From an uncultured Gammaproteobacteria bacterium (GTDB taxonomy: Bacteria; Patescibacteriota; Patescibacteriia; UBA1558; 2-01-FULL-52-15): a DNA stretch of 64,000 nt. Position numbers and translations under genes: made by a program. The DNA is taken from positions 961 through 64,960 of the forward strand of contig CAYTUI010000001.1 in assembly GCA_964441335.1 (NCBI GenBank), read 5' to 3'. How positions within the stretch are numbered: the stretch's first letter is position 1; every line of letters begins with the position of its first letter. A model generated the notes under the pieces. The model made no database searches. It was given only the letters and a program-made list of their open reading frames with translations, and had not been told where the DNA came from. Of the stretch, positions 9,022-17,847 are shown piece by piece.

Positions 9022-9464
9022 AAAAATTTTTCAACCACCAAAGCGATAATTGTGGCGTAAATCCCGGCTAGAATGTCGTCGGCCATGATGCCAAATGTTT
9101 TGGGTAATGATTGCAGATAATTGATACCAACCCATTTAGTAATATCAAATAGTCTAAAAGCAATGAGACCCACCGCATATAACCAAATGTTTTGGGGTAG
9201 GAAAGTAACAACCAGTAGAGCACCGACGATTTCATCGGAGACGATAAAGTGAGGGTCTTGATAATTGTACTTGCTTCTGAACAGCTCGGTTGCTGGCCAT
9301 AGTATTAACAAACTAACAATGAAAATTAACGCTCGCCAGGTAATGTCCAAAGGACTGACAAATAAATAGGCCAAAATGAAAATTATTAGGCTGGTAATCG
9401 TGCCGGAAGCGGCCAGATAGCCCAAACCGAAAAAGGTGCTTAATAGTTTGCTAATTTTTAACAT
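9018..9464 (-). CDS. pgpA: Phosphatidylglycerophosphatase A
   Basis: DPHFIVSDEIVG, FRLFDITK, GIMADDILAG. Confidence 0.9.
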   Translation of the reverse strand: MLKISKLLSTFFGLGYLAASGTITSLIIFILAYLFVSPLDITWRALIFIVSLLILWPATELFRSKYNYQDPHFIVSDEIVGALLVVTFLPQNIWLYAVGLIAFRLFDITKWVGINYLQSLPKTFGIMADDILAGIYATIIALVVEKFL

Positions 9465-10338
9465 GGCGGTTGGTGATTATTGGTAAAGCTTGTTTAATGA
9501 TCTCTATATTGAGTGATTTCTGATTGTCTTCTAAATAATCTCCGTCAACTTGAACCTTATCGTCGGTTTCCAGACGGATGACGAAATGCCTACCTTCTAT
9601 GATAGATAAATGACGAGGTGGGCTATCATGAAAATAATAATAGTAGGTAGCTTCAATAAAGCTGAAAAAATTTTTATTGGTGGCCACGGTTAATTCAAAT
9701 TTTCCGTCCTGCAAATCGCTGTTACGCTTTGGCTCAAAGCCAAAAAGTCTGGAGGTGTTGACGACAAATAGACTGTTGCCCTGTCGCTGATAATCCTGAC
9801 CGTCCACAGTAAAACTAAAATTATATTGGGGCATTCTGGTTTTCCAAAGGAAACTCATTAAATAAGCCATAAAACCGAAAGATCTTTTTAGTTTTTGTTC
9901 GGCAGCCACAACTCTTTCCGATAAATAACCGATTGCAAAAGCCTCTAAGAAGTAATCTCTTTTGTTGATTAAGCCCACATCAATGTATTCTATGTTGCCC
10001 TCGTTAATAACCTCAAGAGCCTGATGGAGTGATCGGGGAATATAAAGACTTTGGGCCAGCACGTTTGCCGAGCCGGTAGGTAGTATTCCGATGGGGATAT
10101 TAAGCTTATTTTTTAGTATGAATTCTGCTACCCGGCGAATAGTTCCGTCGCCACCGGCGATAATAATAAGGTCGTATTTATAATCTTTGGCTAAAGGTTT
10201 GACGTTCAGAAAATTTTCAAAGTTTTTAAAATACAGCTGGTATTTGGATCGTTTAAGATTCTTTTTGATGGTTGGCAAAAGTCTGGAGCGGCGTCTGCGC
10301 CCGGCGGCTAAATTATAAATGACTAAAACTTTTTTCAT
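9451..10338 (-). CDS. Soluble diacylglycerol/lipid kinase (YegS/DgkB family)
   Basis: N..AG, GGDGT, LPTGSANVLA, QVDGD. Confidence 0.9.
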   Translation of the reverse strand: MKKVLVIYNLAAGRRRRSRLLPTIKKNLKRSKYQLYFKNFENFLNVKPLAKDYKYDLIIIAGGDGTIRRVAEFILKNKLNIPIGILPTGSANVLAQSLYIPRSLHQALEVINEGNIEYIDVGLINKRDYFLEAFAIGYLSERVVAAEQKLKRSFGFMAYLMSFLWKTRMPQYNFSFTVDGQDYQRQGNSLFVVNTSRLFGFEPKRNSDLQDGKFELTVATNKNFFSFIEATYYYYFHDSPPRHLSIIEGRHFVIRLETDDKVQVDGDYLEDNQKSLNIEIIKQALPIITNRHVKN

Positions 10339-10339
10339 A

Positions 10340-10903
10340 TTACCACCAGACTTTTTTTATTTTGAAATAATAGCCGATTAAGTTAGAGACTGGATGAACC
10401 GCCAAAGTTATAATAACAGCCGCCCAGACAATTTCCGGAGTCCAGACGACTAATAGCCAGGTTAGTAGAAAAAAACCAACAATAAAATCTAGTTGGTCAA
10501 ACACCGGCCAAGCATTGCCGGATGTAATTTTAACCCGTCTTTTAATAAAACTTTTAACTAAATCTCCGCCTAAAGCTCCTAGGCCAGCCAAAAATCCGAA
10601 CAGCAAATAATTCAGCTCCCAGTAGTTAATCAAGCGTATACTGTCCAGCCAGCCTATTTGCTGGAAAAATGTCTGTATAATAACTGTTATCATGGCTACC
10701 AGCACGCCAATTATTAATCCCCGCCAAGTTTTACCTTTGCCCAATAAATCCTGGCCGAAAAGTTTTAATCCACCGTCAATCGGTTTAGCCAGTTGTTTCC
10801 AATAGCCAAGACGTTGGACAATCACTGGCGCCATGTTTGCTAAATAAACGGGCAACAGTAAATAAATGGTGGCCAGAATCAGCAGTATGTCTAATGTCAT
10901 CAA
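10340..10903 (-). CDS. carS: CDP-archaeol synthase (CarS) family cytidylyltransferase
   Basis: PVYLANMAPV, PIDGG, GKGKTWRG, GDLVKSFIKRR, DQLDF. Confidence 0.85.
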   Translation of the reverse strand: MMTLDILLILATIYLLLPVYLANMAPVIVQRLGYWKQLAKPIDGGLKLFGQDLLGKGKTWRGLIIGVLVAMITVIIQTFFQQIGWLDSIRLINYWELNYLLFGFLAGLGALGGDLVKSFIKRRVKITSGNAWPVFDQLDFIVGFFLLTWLLVVWTPEIVWAAVIITLAVHPVSNLIGYYFKIKKVWW

Positions 10904-11982
10904 GCGTTTTTTAAAATTCTTAAAGTTTCAGCGGCTGTTTTTTCCCAGCGGAATTCTTGGCTACGTTTCAGTCCCTTGGTAATAAGGTCGGTCTGTAGGT
11001 TTTTGTCATAGTATAGTTTATTTATCGCCTCAACAACCTCGGGAATATTATTGGCGTCAACCAGTAGGGCGGCGTCCCCGGCAATTTCTGGCATACTGGC
11101 GGCACGATTGGTAATAATGGCTGTTTGGCAGGCCATAGCCTCAATTAAGCCAAAACAAAAGCCTTCATATTTTGCCAAATGGATATAAATAGCCGCTTCG
11201 GATATAAGTTTATATTTTTCTTCTTCATTAATCCAGCCGTGACGAATAACCTTTTCTTCCAGCCGAAACTGTTTGATCAGATTTTCAGCTTCTTGCCAGC
11301 CGCGGCTAGGATAACCGACTAAGTGTAAACTTATTCTTTTGCCCCAGCTAGTCTTTTGCATAGCCGCAAAAATCCTGATGAGTTGAGCAATATTTTTTTT
11401 ACTTTCCAGCCGCCCGACAAACAGCAGATAATTTTTTTTCTGTTTTGACGCTGGAGGAATTTTTTCGGGATTACTTAAACCAAGATAAGTTACCTGAATT
11501 TTGTCGGCGGCAATTTGATAGTACTTGATAATTTCGCTTTTAGAAAATTGTGAAACAGTGATAATTTGGCTACAAAATTTTTTGGCCCACTTAGCAGATA
11601 ATCTTTGGTAAGCTCGCCCCTTCCACGACAGATCGTTTTTATACGCTTCATAGGCCACGTCGTGCAGAGTGGTAACGGTTCTTTTGGGGGAGATGATAGG
11701 GATAATTGAAGCCGGGATAAATAAGACGTCAGGAGGGTTAAACAGCATTTCTAAAGACAGGCGAACTTGCGTCCAGAGATATTTAAAGGGCCAATATAGT
11801 CGGCGATATTCCACATTAGGACCCAAGTTCAGCAGTTCGGTTTCAGGAGCGCTATTGAAATAAAGCCTAAAAGTTATAGTTGGATCCAGTTTGGGCAGTT
11901 CCTTGATTAAAAAAAAGGAGTACCATTCTACCCCGGTTTTTTGTGGTTTGTTGGCCCTGGTCGCATCAATGCCTATAATCAT
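10900..11982 (-). CDS. Glycosyltransferase family 4
   Basis: IGIDA..TGVEWY, VGRLESKKN, YEGFCFGLIEAMA. Confidence 0.9.
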   Translation of the reverse strand: MIIGIDATRANKPQKTGVEWYSFFLIKELPKLDPTITFRLYFNSAPETELLNLGPNVEYRRLYWPFKYLWTQVRLSLEMLFNPPDVLFIPASIIPIISPKRTVTTLHDVAYEAYKNDLSWKGRAYQRLSAKWAKKFCSQIITVSQFSKSEIIKYYQIAADKIQVTYLGLSNPEKIPPASKQKKNYLLFVGRLESKKNIAQLIRIFAAMQKTSWGKRISLHLVGYPSRGWQEAENLIKQFRLEEKVIRHGWINEEEKYKLISEAAIYIHLAKYEGFCFGLIEAMACQTAIITNRAASMPEIAGDAALLVDANNIPEVVEAINKLYYDKNLQTDLITKGLKRSQEFRWEKTAAETLRILKNA

Positions 11983-12187
11983 AATGAGGGTATTTTAGCA
12001 GACTATGGCTATAAAATGAAGCGTCCACAGATTGACAGCAGAGCATATTTTTAGTATCTTAACAACGTTATTTTGTTGCCGCTGTGTCCCTCGACTTCGC
12101 CATCAGCCATTGGCTGATCGGGACAAGCGGACGTAACGTACATGATAATAGTAAGTTTGTAAGTTAGCAGTATTATTGATATTTGAT

Positions 12188-12509
12188 GCCGCTGTGGCGG
12201 AACCCCACTTCACTGAAGTTTCGTGGGGCAGGTTGGCAGACTCCGTATCGCTAAAGCTTTGCGGGATAGGCGTGCACGACTCTTGTCAGAGGCGAATAGG
12301 CAAAATCGCGCCTTGATAAGTGTATTATGTAAATTGTTATCATTTGTTGCCGCGGTGGCGGAACTGGTAGACGCGTAGGTCTCAAAAACCTATAGGAGTT
12401 CTCCTGTGAGAGTTCGAGTCTCTCCCGCGGCACCAAATGGAAGTAATATACACAGGTTCGCCTGCCCGCCGTAGCTTTAGCGTAGGCGGGACCCCGACCA
12501 GCGGCACCA
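12188..12509 (+). pseudogene. Decayed tRNA-Leu(CAA) interrupted by palindromic insertions and enclosing an intact tRNA-Leu
   Basis: GCCGCTGTGGCGGAA|TTGGCAGAC|GCACGACT|CAAAATCG ... GGTTCG|ACCCCGACCAGCGGCACCA; acceptor stem GCCGCTG/CAGCGGC. Confidence 0.7.
12349..12435 (+). tRNA. tRNA-Leu(CAA)
   Basis: GCCGCGG/CCGCGGC acceptor stem, TAGGT-CTCAAAA-ACCTA, variable arm, CCA. Confidence 0.95.
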
Positions 12510-12510
12510 T

Positions 12511-12620
12511 TTAGTTAGTAGCTAGTAGTTAGTAGTCAGTAGCTTGCAGCCAGTAGCTTATGGAGTAGAGCTCGTAGTCCTTAAGTTCGTCAGTTCTTAA
12601 GTTCATCGGTTCATAGGTTA
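12511..12620. repeat. Degenerate 7-mer (YAGTAGY) run followed by 8-mer (GTTCNTNN) repeats
   Basis: Same two-part layout as 8161-8430. Confidence 0.75.
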
Positions 12621-12656
12621 TTAAGCATTAAGACTTAATACTTAATTATTATAATC

Positions 12657-13073
12657 ATGGATATTAAACTCTGGGTGGCTACTAAAGCTTTTATTGTTTA
12701 TCAGGGCAAGCTTTTGGTTATTAGGGAATCGTCAAAATATAGTGACGGAACTCAAACGGGTAAGTACGGAGAAGTGGGCGGACGGGTGACGCCTGGTGAG
12801 AATTTTCGCGACAGTTTAATCAGAGAGGTAAAAGAAGAAACTGGTCTTGATATTAAAATTGGTAAACCATTTTTCGTCAACGAATGGCGGCCGGTCGTCA
12901 GAGGGGAGCAATGGCAAATAGTAGGGATTTTTTTTGAATGCTTTGCCGATACTGATGAAGTTGTTTTAAGCGAGGATCATGATGATTACAAATGGATTGA
13001 GCCGGCTAACTGGCAAAACGAAGGAATGATTGAGAACTTACGGCCGGTTTTTGAAGCTTATTTAAAGAAATAG
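12657..13073 (+). CDS. Nudix hydrolase
   Basis: GGRVTPGE......REVKEETGL Nudix box. Confidence 0.92.
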   Translation: MDIKLWVATKAFIVYQGKLLVIRESSKYSDGTQTGKYGEVGGRVTPGENFRDSLIREVKEETGLDIKIGKPFFVNEWRPVVRGEQWQIVGIFFECFADTDEVVLSEDHDDYKWIEPANWQNEGMIENLRPVFEAYLKK

Positions 13074-13144
13074 ATAAATACCATTTCAGGTTAGATTAAA
13101 AGAACAAATTATTGCTGAACTTGTCAAAATTATTGGACATGGTA

Positions 13145-13162
13145 TACTATGCAGTGTAGTAG
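13145..13162. promoter_or_regulatory. Putative BlaI/CopY-family operator
   Basis: TACTATGCAGTGTAGTAG, near-identical to 14673-14690, upstream of the regulator. Confidence 0.65.
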
Positions 13163-13176
13163 AAAATAAGAGATAT

Positions 13177-13563
13177 ATGGCAAAAAACAGTATAAAAATA
13201 TTTGGCGATTTGGAAGCAGAAATAATGGAAATCGTCTGGAAATCTGGCTCGGCATCAGTCAGGGATGTTCTATTGGCTTTAGAGAAAAGAAGAAAAATCG
13301 CCTATACCACCGTGATGACTGTTATGGCCAGGCTGTATGAGAAGGGCATTTTAAAACGCAAGATGGATGCTTGTAATGCTTTTATATATTTACCGACTCA
13401 AGGTAAACAGGCTTTTATGCAAAAAGCCTCTGAGAAAATAATCAAGGGATTCTTGAAGGAATACGGTGATGTTGCTGTAGCTCAATTTGTGGGTATAATT
13501 GAAACATCGGATGCTAAACATTCCGACGAATGGAAAAGAAAATTGAGAGGTCTGATTAAATAA
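13177..13563 (+). CDS. BlaI/MecI/CopY family repressor
   Basis: GDLEAEIMEIVW, AYTTVMTVMARLYEKG. Confidence 0.92.
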   Translation: MAKNSIKIFGDLEAEIMEIVWKSGSASVRDVLLALEKRRKIAYTTVMTVMARLYEKGILKRKMDACNAFIYLPTQGKQAFMQKASEKIIKGFLKEYGDVAVAQFVGIIETSDAKHSDEWKRKLRGLIK

Positions 13564-13567
13564 TATT

Positions 13568-14629
13568 ATGCAACGATCTTTTGCGCAGAAAGCCAATCTG
13601 ACATTTGTAGAAATTATAGCTATTGTTTTAAGCACAGTTGGCGTGGTTATTTTTTTATTTTGGGAAATTTATCAAAGAGTTTATTTATATGGTGGTGTCT
13701 TAATTCATAAATTACTAACCGCCTGTGGTTGTACGCAGATGGCCCAGTTAATTGCTATGCACCCATTAATATTTATTGCTGTAATTACTCTCGGTTTGGT
13801 CATTATGACCTATTTATTTTATACAGTTTATCGATTAATAAAATTAATTATTCAGACAAGAAGGTTTGTATCTTTATATTTAAAACGGGCAAAAGACCAA
13901 CACTCAACAAAATTGCGCGATGTTGTAGCTGGTTTAAATATTGATGCATCCAAGGTCATTGAAATTAGAGATGTTAGGACAGTGGTGTTTTGTTTTGGTC
14001 TTTGGCGTCCCAAAGTATGTATTTCTAGCGGTTTGATAAAAATGCTGGACAAAGGCGAGTTAGAAGCTGTTTTACTACACGAATATCATCACTTGATTTC
14101 CAGGGAGCCTGTTAAAATGTTTGCTATAAAATATTTTCAAAGTATTTTCTTCTTTTTACCGGGAATAAAAGCTGGTGTAAATAAGTATCTGACATATTCA
14201 GAATTAGCTGCTGATGAACGGGCGACGAATAATTTTCTTGATAAATTGAAGTTGGCCAGAGCTTTATACAAAATATCTGAAAAAGAGGAGAACTTACTTT
14301 TGCGAACTGGCTTGGCCTTATCTTTTTTCAGTTCCGTTATTGGGGTACGGGTTAGTAAGCTTTCAAATAATGACTACGTGCCTAATTTTAAATTGCAGGT
14401 CACGAGGTTTTATACGGGGTTAGGTATAGCAATCGTGGTTCTTTTGGGTATGATGTTATTTTTAACAGATAGCTCAAAAGCGTTCGCCATGCATGACACG
14501 GGCAGTTGTATTTCAAATATCAACGGAACTCAAAATAACGGCTTGGTTTGCGATGATAATACTCAGCAATCAGCCGGCTTAAATGAAGGCAATTACTCGG
14601 CAGCGTTAACCAACTGTAAAATGAAGTAA
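13568..14629 (+). CDS. M56 family membrane metallopeptidase (BlaR-like)
   Basis: FCFGLWRPKVCISSGL, LLHEYHH, ELAADE. Confidence 0.88.
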   Translation: MQRSFAQKANLTFVEIIAIVLSTVGVVIFLFWEIYQRVYLYGGVLIHKLLTACGCTQMAQLIAMHPLIFIAVITLGLVIMTYLFYTVYRLIKLIIQTRRFVSLYLKRAKDQHSTKLRDVVAGLNIDASKVIEIRDVRTVVFCFGLWRPKVCISSGLIKMLDKGELEAVLLHEYHHLISREPVKMFAIKYFQSIFFFLPGIKAGVNKYLTYSELAADERATNNFLDKLKLARALYKISEKEENLLLRTGLALSFFSSVIGVRVSKLSNNDYVPNFKLQVTRFYTGLGIAIVVLLGMMLFLTDSSKAFAMHDTGSCISNINGTQNNGLVCDDNTQQSAGLNEGNYSAALTNCKMK

Positions 14630-14664
14630 AGGTGGTTGTGGATAACCGGGGCTGGACAAAATAT

Positions 14665-14697
14665 ATAAACCCTACTATACTGTGTAGTAGGGTTTAT
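14665..14697. promoter_or_regulatory. Putative BlaI/CopY-family operator upstream of the copper operon
   Basis: Palindrome ATAAACCCTACTA-N7-TAGTAGGGTTTAT. Confidence 0.7.
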
Positions 14698-14796
14698 TAA
14701 TTAACCATAAAATACTAATTTAAAGGCTTTTTGCGAGTTATTCAATGTTAACATCAGTAAAATATTTAATTTCATTAAACTAACTAAGAATTATTT

Positions 14797-16563
14797 ATGA
14801 GTAAAATTACAGTTCCTATAAAGGGCATGCACTGCCGGTCGTGTGAGATACTAATTGAGAATAATCTACATAACGTACCGGGTGTAAAAAAAGTTGAGGT
14901 AAGTCATAAAACTGGCAGAGCTGATATTTTTTATCACCATGAATTGCCGGCTGGAGATTTGATTGATCACGCTGTCCAAAACGCCGGTTATAGTATCGGG
15001 AAGAAAGATAAATTGGCTTGGCTTTCAAGAGACAGAAATGATTATCTCAATTTGCTCAAAGGAGCGGCAATTTTATTAATTCTGTATATTGCTGCCGAAC
15101 GTTTCGGTTTATTTAGTTTGGGGGTTAATACGCAAAGCACAAGTTTGTTTGTTGCCTTGATTGTTGGTTTGGTTGCGGGAATTTCCACTTGTATGGCTCT
15201 GGTCGGCGGATTGGTATTGAGTCTATCTGCGCGTCATGCTGAATTGCATCCAGAAATTTCCACAAAACAAAAATTTGTGCCGCACCTGTACTTCAATTTA
15301 GGCAGAATATTAGGCTTTGCTTTTTTAGGAGGCGTTATTGGGTTGGTTGGCTCCGTGGCCAGACCATCAACTGGCGTGCTTGGTTTTATGACCATAATCA
15401 TAGGTGGCGTGATGATTTTCTTGGGACTCAAGTTAGTTGAAATATTCCCGATATTAAAAGATAAATCCATATCTTTACCTAAGAGTATCTCAAAATTTTT
15501 TGGCTTAGGTCGGGAGCAAAAAGAGTATAGCCATAAAAATTCAGTTATCACAGGCGCCTTAACATTTTTCCTGCCTTGCGGTTTTACTCAAGCTATGCAG
15601 TTATACGCTGTTTCTACAGGTAGTTTTGGAAAGGGTGCATTGATTATGGGATTATTTGCTTTAGGAACCGCACCTGGATTACTCGGGGTTGGTGGTTTGG
15701 CCTCGGTCTTTAAGGGTAAAAAAGCTAAAGTATTTTTTGCTGGCACTGGGTTAGCGGTTATGTTGTTGGGTTGGTTTAATGTTGCCAATGGTAGCCAGTT
15801 GTTTTTTCAGGGCAGAACACAAGCCAATGTGGGCGTAGCTAATTCCACGGGAGTTCAGGAAGTTAAAATGGCTCAAGGCAGTTCAGGTTATTCGCCCAAT
15901 GTATTTACAGTAGAAAAAGGTAAAAAGGTAAGATGGATCATTACCTCGACTAATCAATTTACCTGTGCCAGCTCACTTGTTATGCCAAAATATGGCATTA
16001 ATAAAGGTCTGCAAAAAGGTGAAAATATTATTGAATTTGTGCCGACAGAGGTTGGGGAGATTGCTTTTTCCTGTTCAATGGGCATGTATCGGGGGAAATT
16101 TATAGTGGTTGAATCAGGTCAGGTGGGCTCTGCTGGTAAAAATTTGGCAGTTGCGCCAAGTGCTAACCTGCCCGCAGGTGGCGGGTGCGGTGGTGGAGGC
16201 GGAGGAGGGGGCTGTGGCGGGTGCGGTGGTGGTGCAAAAAAACCTTTAGATGCGGTTTCAACCAACGCCAAAGAGAACGCGACCGGTGAACAAGTAATAC
16301 AGTCGGAATATACTTTAGCCAAAGATATCGTGCCCAATAAATTTACAGTGAAAAAGGGTCAACCGGTTAGGTTTGAAGTTAACGTTAAGGAAAACGGGCG
16401 GGGTTGTATGAGTACGATTATGATACCAAACTTGGTTAATGACCCTCAGTATTTGCAGGGTGGGACAAAAATCGCCCTGACTTTTACGCCGGATAAAGCT
16501 GGGGACTATAATATTACTTGTGCTATGGGAGTGCCTCGAGGCGTAATTACCGTAACAAATTAA
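14797..16563 (+). CDS. HMA + DsbD_2/TauE-like TM domain + two cupredoxin-like domains
   Basis: GMHCRSC; STCMALVGG / FLPCGFTQ; CSMGM and CAMG; Gly/Cys linker. Confidence 0.85.
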   Translation: MSKITVPIKGMHCRSCEILIENNLHNVPGVKKVEVSHKTGRADIFYHHELPAGDLIDHAVQNAGYSIGKKDKLAWLSRDRNDYLNLLKGAAILLILYIAAERFGLFSLGVNTQSTSLFVALIVGLVAGISTCMALVGGLVLSLSARHAELHPEISTKQKFVPHLYFNLGRILGFAFLGGVIGLVGSVARPSTGVLGFMTIIIGGVMIFLGLKLVEIFPILKDKSISLPKSISKFFGLGREQKEYSHKNSVITGALTFFLPCGFTQAMQLYAVSTGSFGKGALIMGLFALGTAPGLLGVGGLASVFKGKKAKVFFAGTGLAVMLLGWFNVANGSQLFFQGRTQANVGVANSTGVQEVKMAQGSSGYSPNVFTVEKGKKVRWIITSTNQFTCASSLVMPKYGINKGLQKGENIIEFVPTEVGEIAFSCSMGMYRGKFIVVESGQVGSAGKNLAVAPSANLPAGGGCGGGGGGGGCGGCGGGAKKPLDAVSTNAKENATGEQVIQSEYTLAKDIVPNKFTVKKGQPVRFEVNVKENGRGCMSTIMIPNLVNDPQYLQGGTKIALTFTPDKAGDYNITCAMGVPRGVITVTN

Positions 16564-16573
16564 AATAATCATT

Positions 16574-16777
16574 ATGCAAATAAATTTTACAATTACCAAC
16601 ATCGACTGTGCGGCTTGTATTAAATTAAGCCAGACAGCGCTCAAAGGTTTGCCCGGGGTGCTAAGAGTGGAGGTAAAAAATAACGGTTTAGTGTTGATAG
16701 AGTCCGAACAGGATATTGCCTGGGAGGAAATCACTGAAGCCTTAGTTAAGGTCGGTAAAAACGCCAAACAAAATTAA
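16574..16777 (+). CDS. Copper chaperone-like HMA protein
   Basis: IDCAAC in a 67-aa HMA-sized protein. Confidence 0.8.
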   Translation: MQINFTITNIDCAACIKLSQTALKGLPGVLRVEVKNNGLVLIESEQDIAWEEITEALVKVGKNAKQN

Positions 16778-16795
16778 GTTACTATTAATAAATAT

Positions 16796-17839
16796 ATGCA
16801 CACAAAATTGGACATAAAAATCAGAGGAGCGGTCGGAGTTGACGATCTTAAATTAATCGAAGGTAATTTAAAATCACAGAGCGGAATCAATACCATTAGA
16901 GCCATGCTTACTAAAGGACAGGCTATAATTAGGATTGAATTTGACAGCAAAAAAATTAGTCAACAACAAATTTACGCAATAATTAAACTGAGTGGCGATT
17001 TTAGCGTTGAAGAGCAAAGTGAAACAGATACGATACACTCCAAAGAGCTAGAGAGAGCGCCTCTAAAATCAGTAATGTCTCTGCCTGCTATGGTTAACTA
17101 TGGCTCAGAAGCTAATCCAAACAGAGCTCCATTTATTTGGGGTCTGTTGTGCGGTATTTCTATAGGTTTGAATATAATTTTTGGATTCTTGTTAATGACA
17201 GGCGGTGCTAATAACTTGCTAGCCACGAATTTATTTGCTAAGACAAATGGTCAGGTTGTCCAACAGGCAGTACAGCCACAGGCTGTTGCTCCTTCACCAA
17301 GCCAAGACGCTGGCGTGATTCAAACTTTTAATATCACTAAGAGTGATCATGTCCGCGGTGATTTCAACGCCCCGGTTACCTTGGTGGAGTATTCAGATTT
17401 TCAGTGTCCGTTCTGTGGTAAACACTTTCCGACCCTAAACAAGGTTTTGAGTGATTATACTGGGAAAGTTCGTTTGGTTTACAAACATTTCCCTTTAGGT
17501 TTTCATGAAAATGCCCAGAAAGCCGCGGAGGCGTCAGAGTGCGCTAACGAGCAAAATAAATTTTGGGAGTATCATGATAAATTATTTGAGAATCAGGCGA
17601 GTGGTTTTAGTCTAGCTAATTTTAAACAGTGGGCCAATGATTTAAGTCTTAATGCCAGTAAATTCAATGATTGTCTGGACTCTGGCAAGTACGCTAGCAA
17701 GGTACAGGCTGATGCAACTGATGGTCAAAGTAGAGGTGTACAAGGCACTCCGACGACATTCGTTAACGGGCAGGCGGTATCAGGAGCGGTTCCGTATGAA
17801 TCATTGAAAGCGGTCATTGATCAAGTTTTAAATAATTAA
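16796..17839 (+). CDS. Membrane-anchored DsbA/thioredoxin-fold protein
   Basis: [17 protein letters not shown], central TM. Confidence 0.88.
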   Translation: MHTKLDIKIRGAVGVDDLKLIEGNLKSQSGINTIRAMLTKGQAIIRIEFDSKKISQQQIYAIIKLSGDFSVEEQSETDTIHSKELERAPLKSVMSLPAMVNYGSEANPNRAPFIWGLLCGISIGLNIIFGFLLMTGGANNLLATNLFAKTNGQVVQQAVQPQAVAPSPSQDAGVIQTFNITKSDHVRGDFNAPVTLVEYSDFQCPFCGKHFPTLNKVLSDYTGKVRLVYKHFPLGFHENAQKAAEASECANEQNKFWEYHDKLFENQASGFSLANFKQWANDLSLNASKFNDCLDSGKYASKVQADATDGQSRGVQGTPTTFVNGQAVSGAVPYESLKAVIDQVLNN

Positions 17840-17847
17840 TCAAACCT

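Noticed and set aside
12251-12436. Short ORFs over tRNAs (also 40077-40304 and 40407-40610, and the 124-270 extension)
   Set aside because: Translations of tRNA or tRNA-derived sequence
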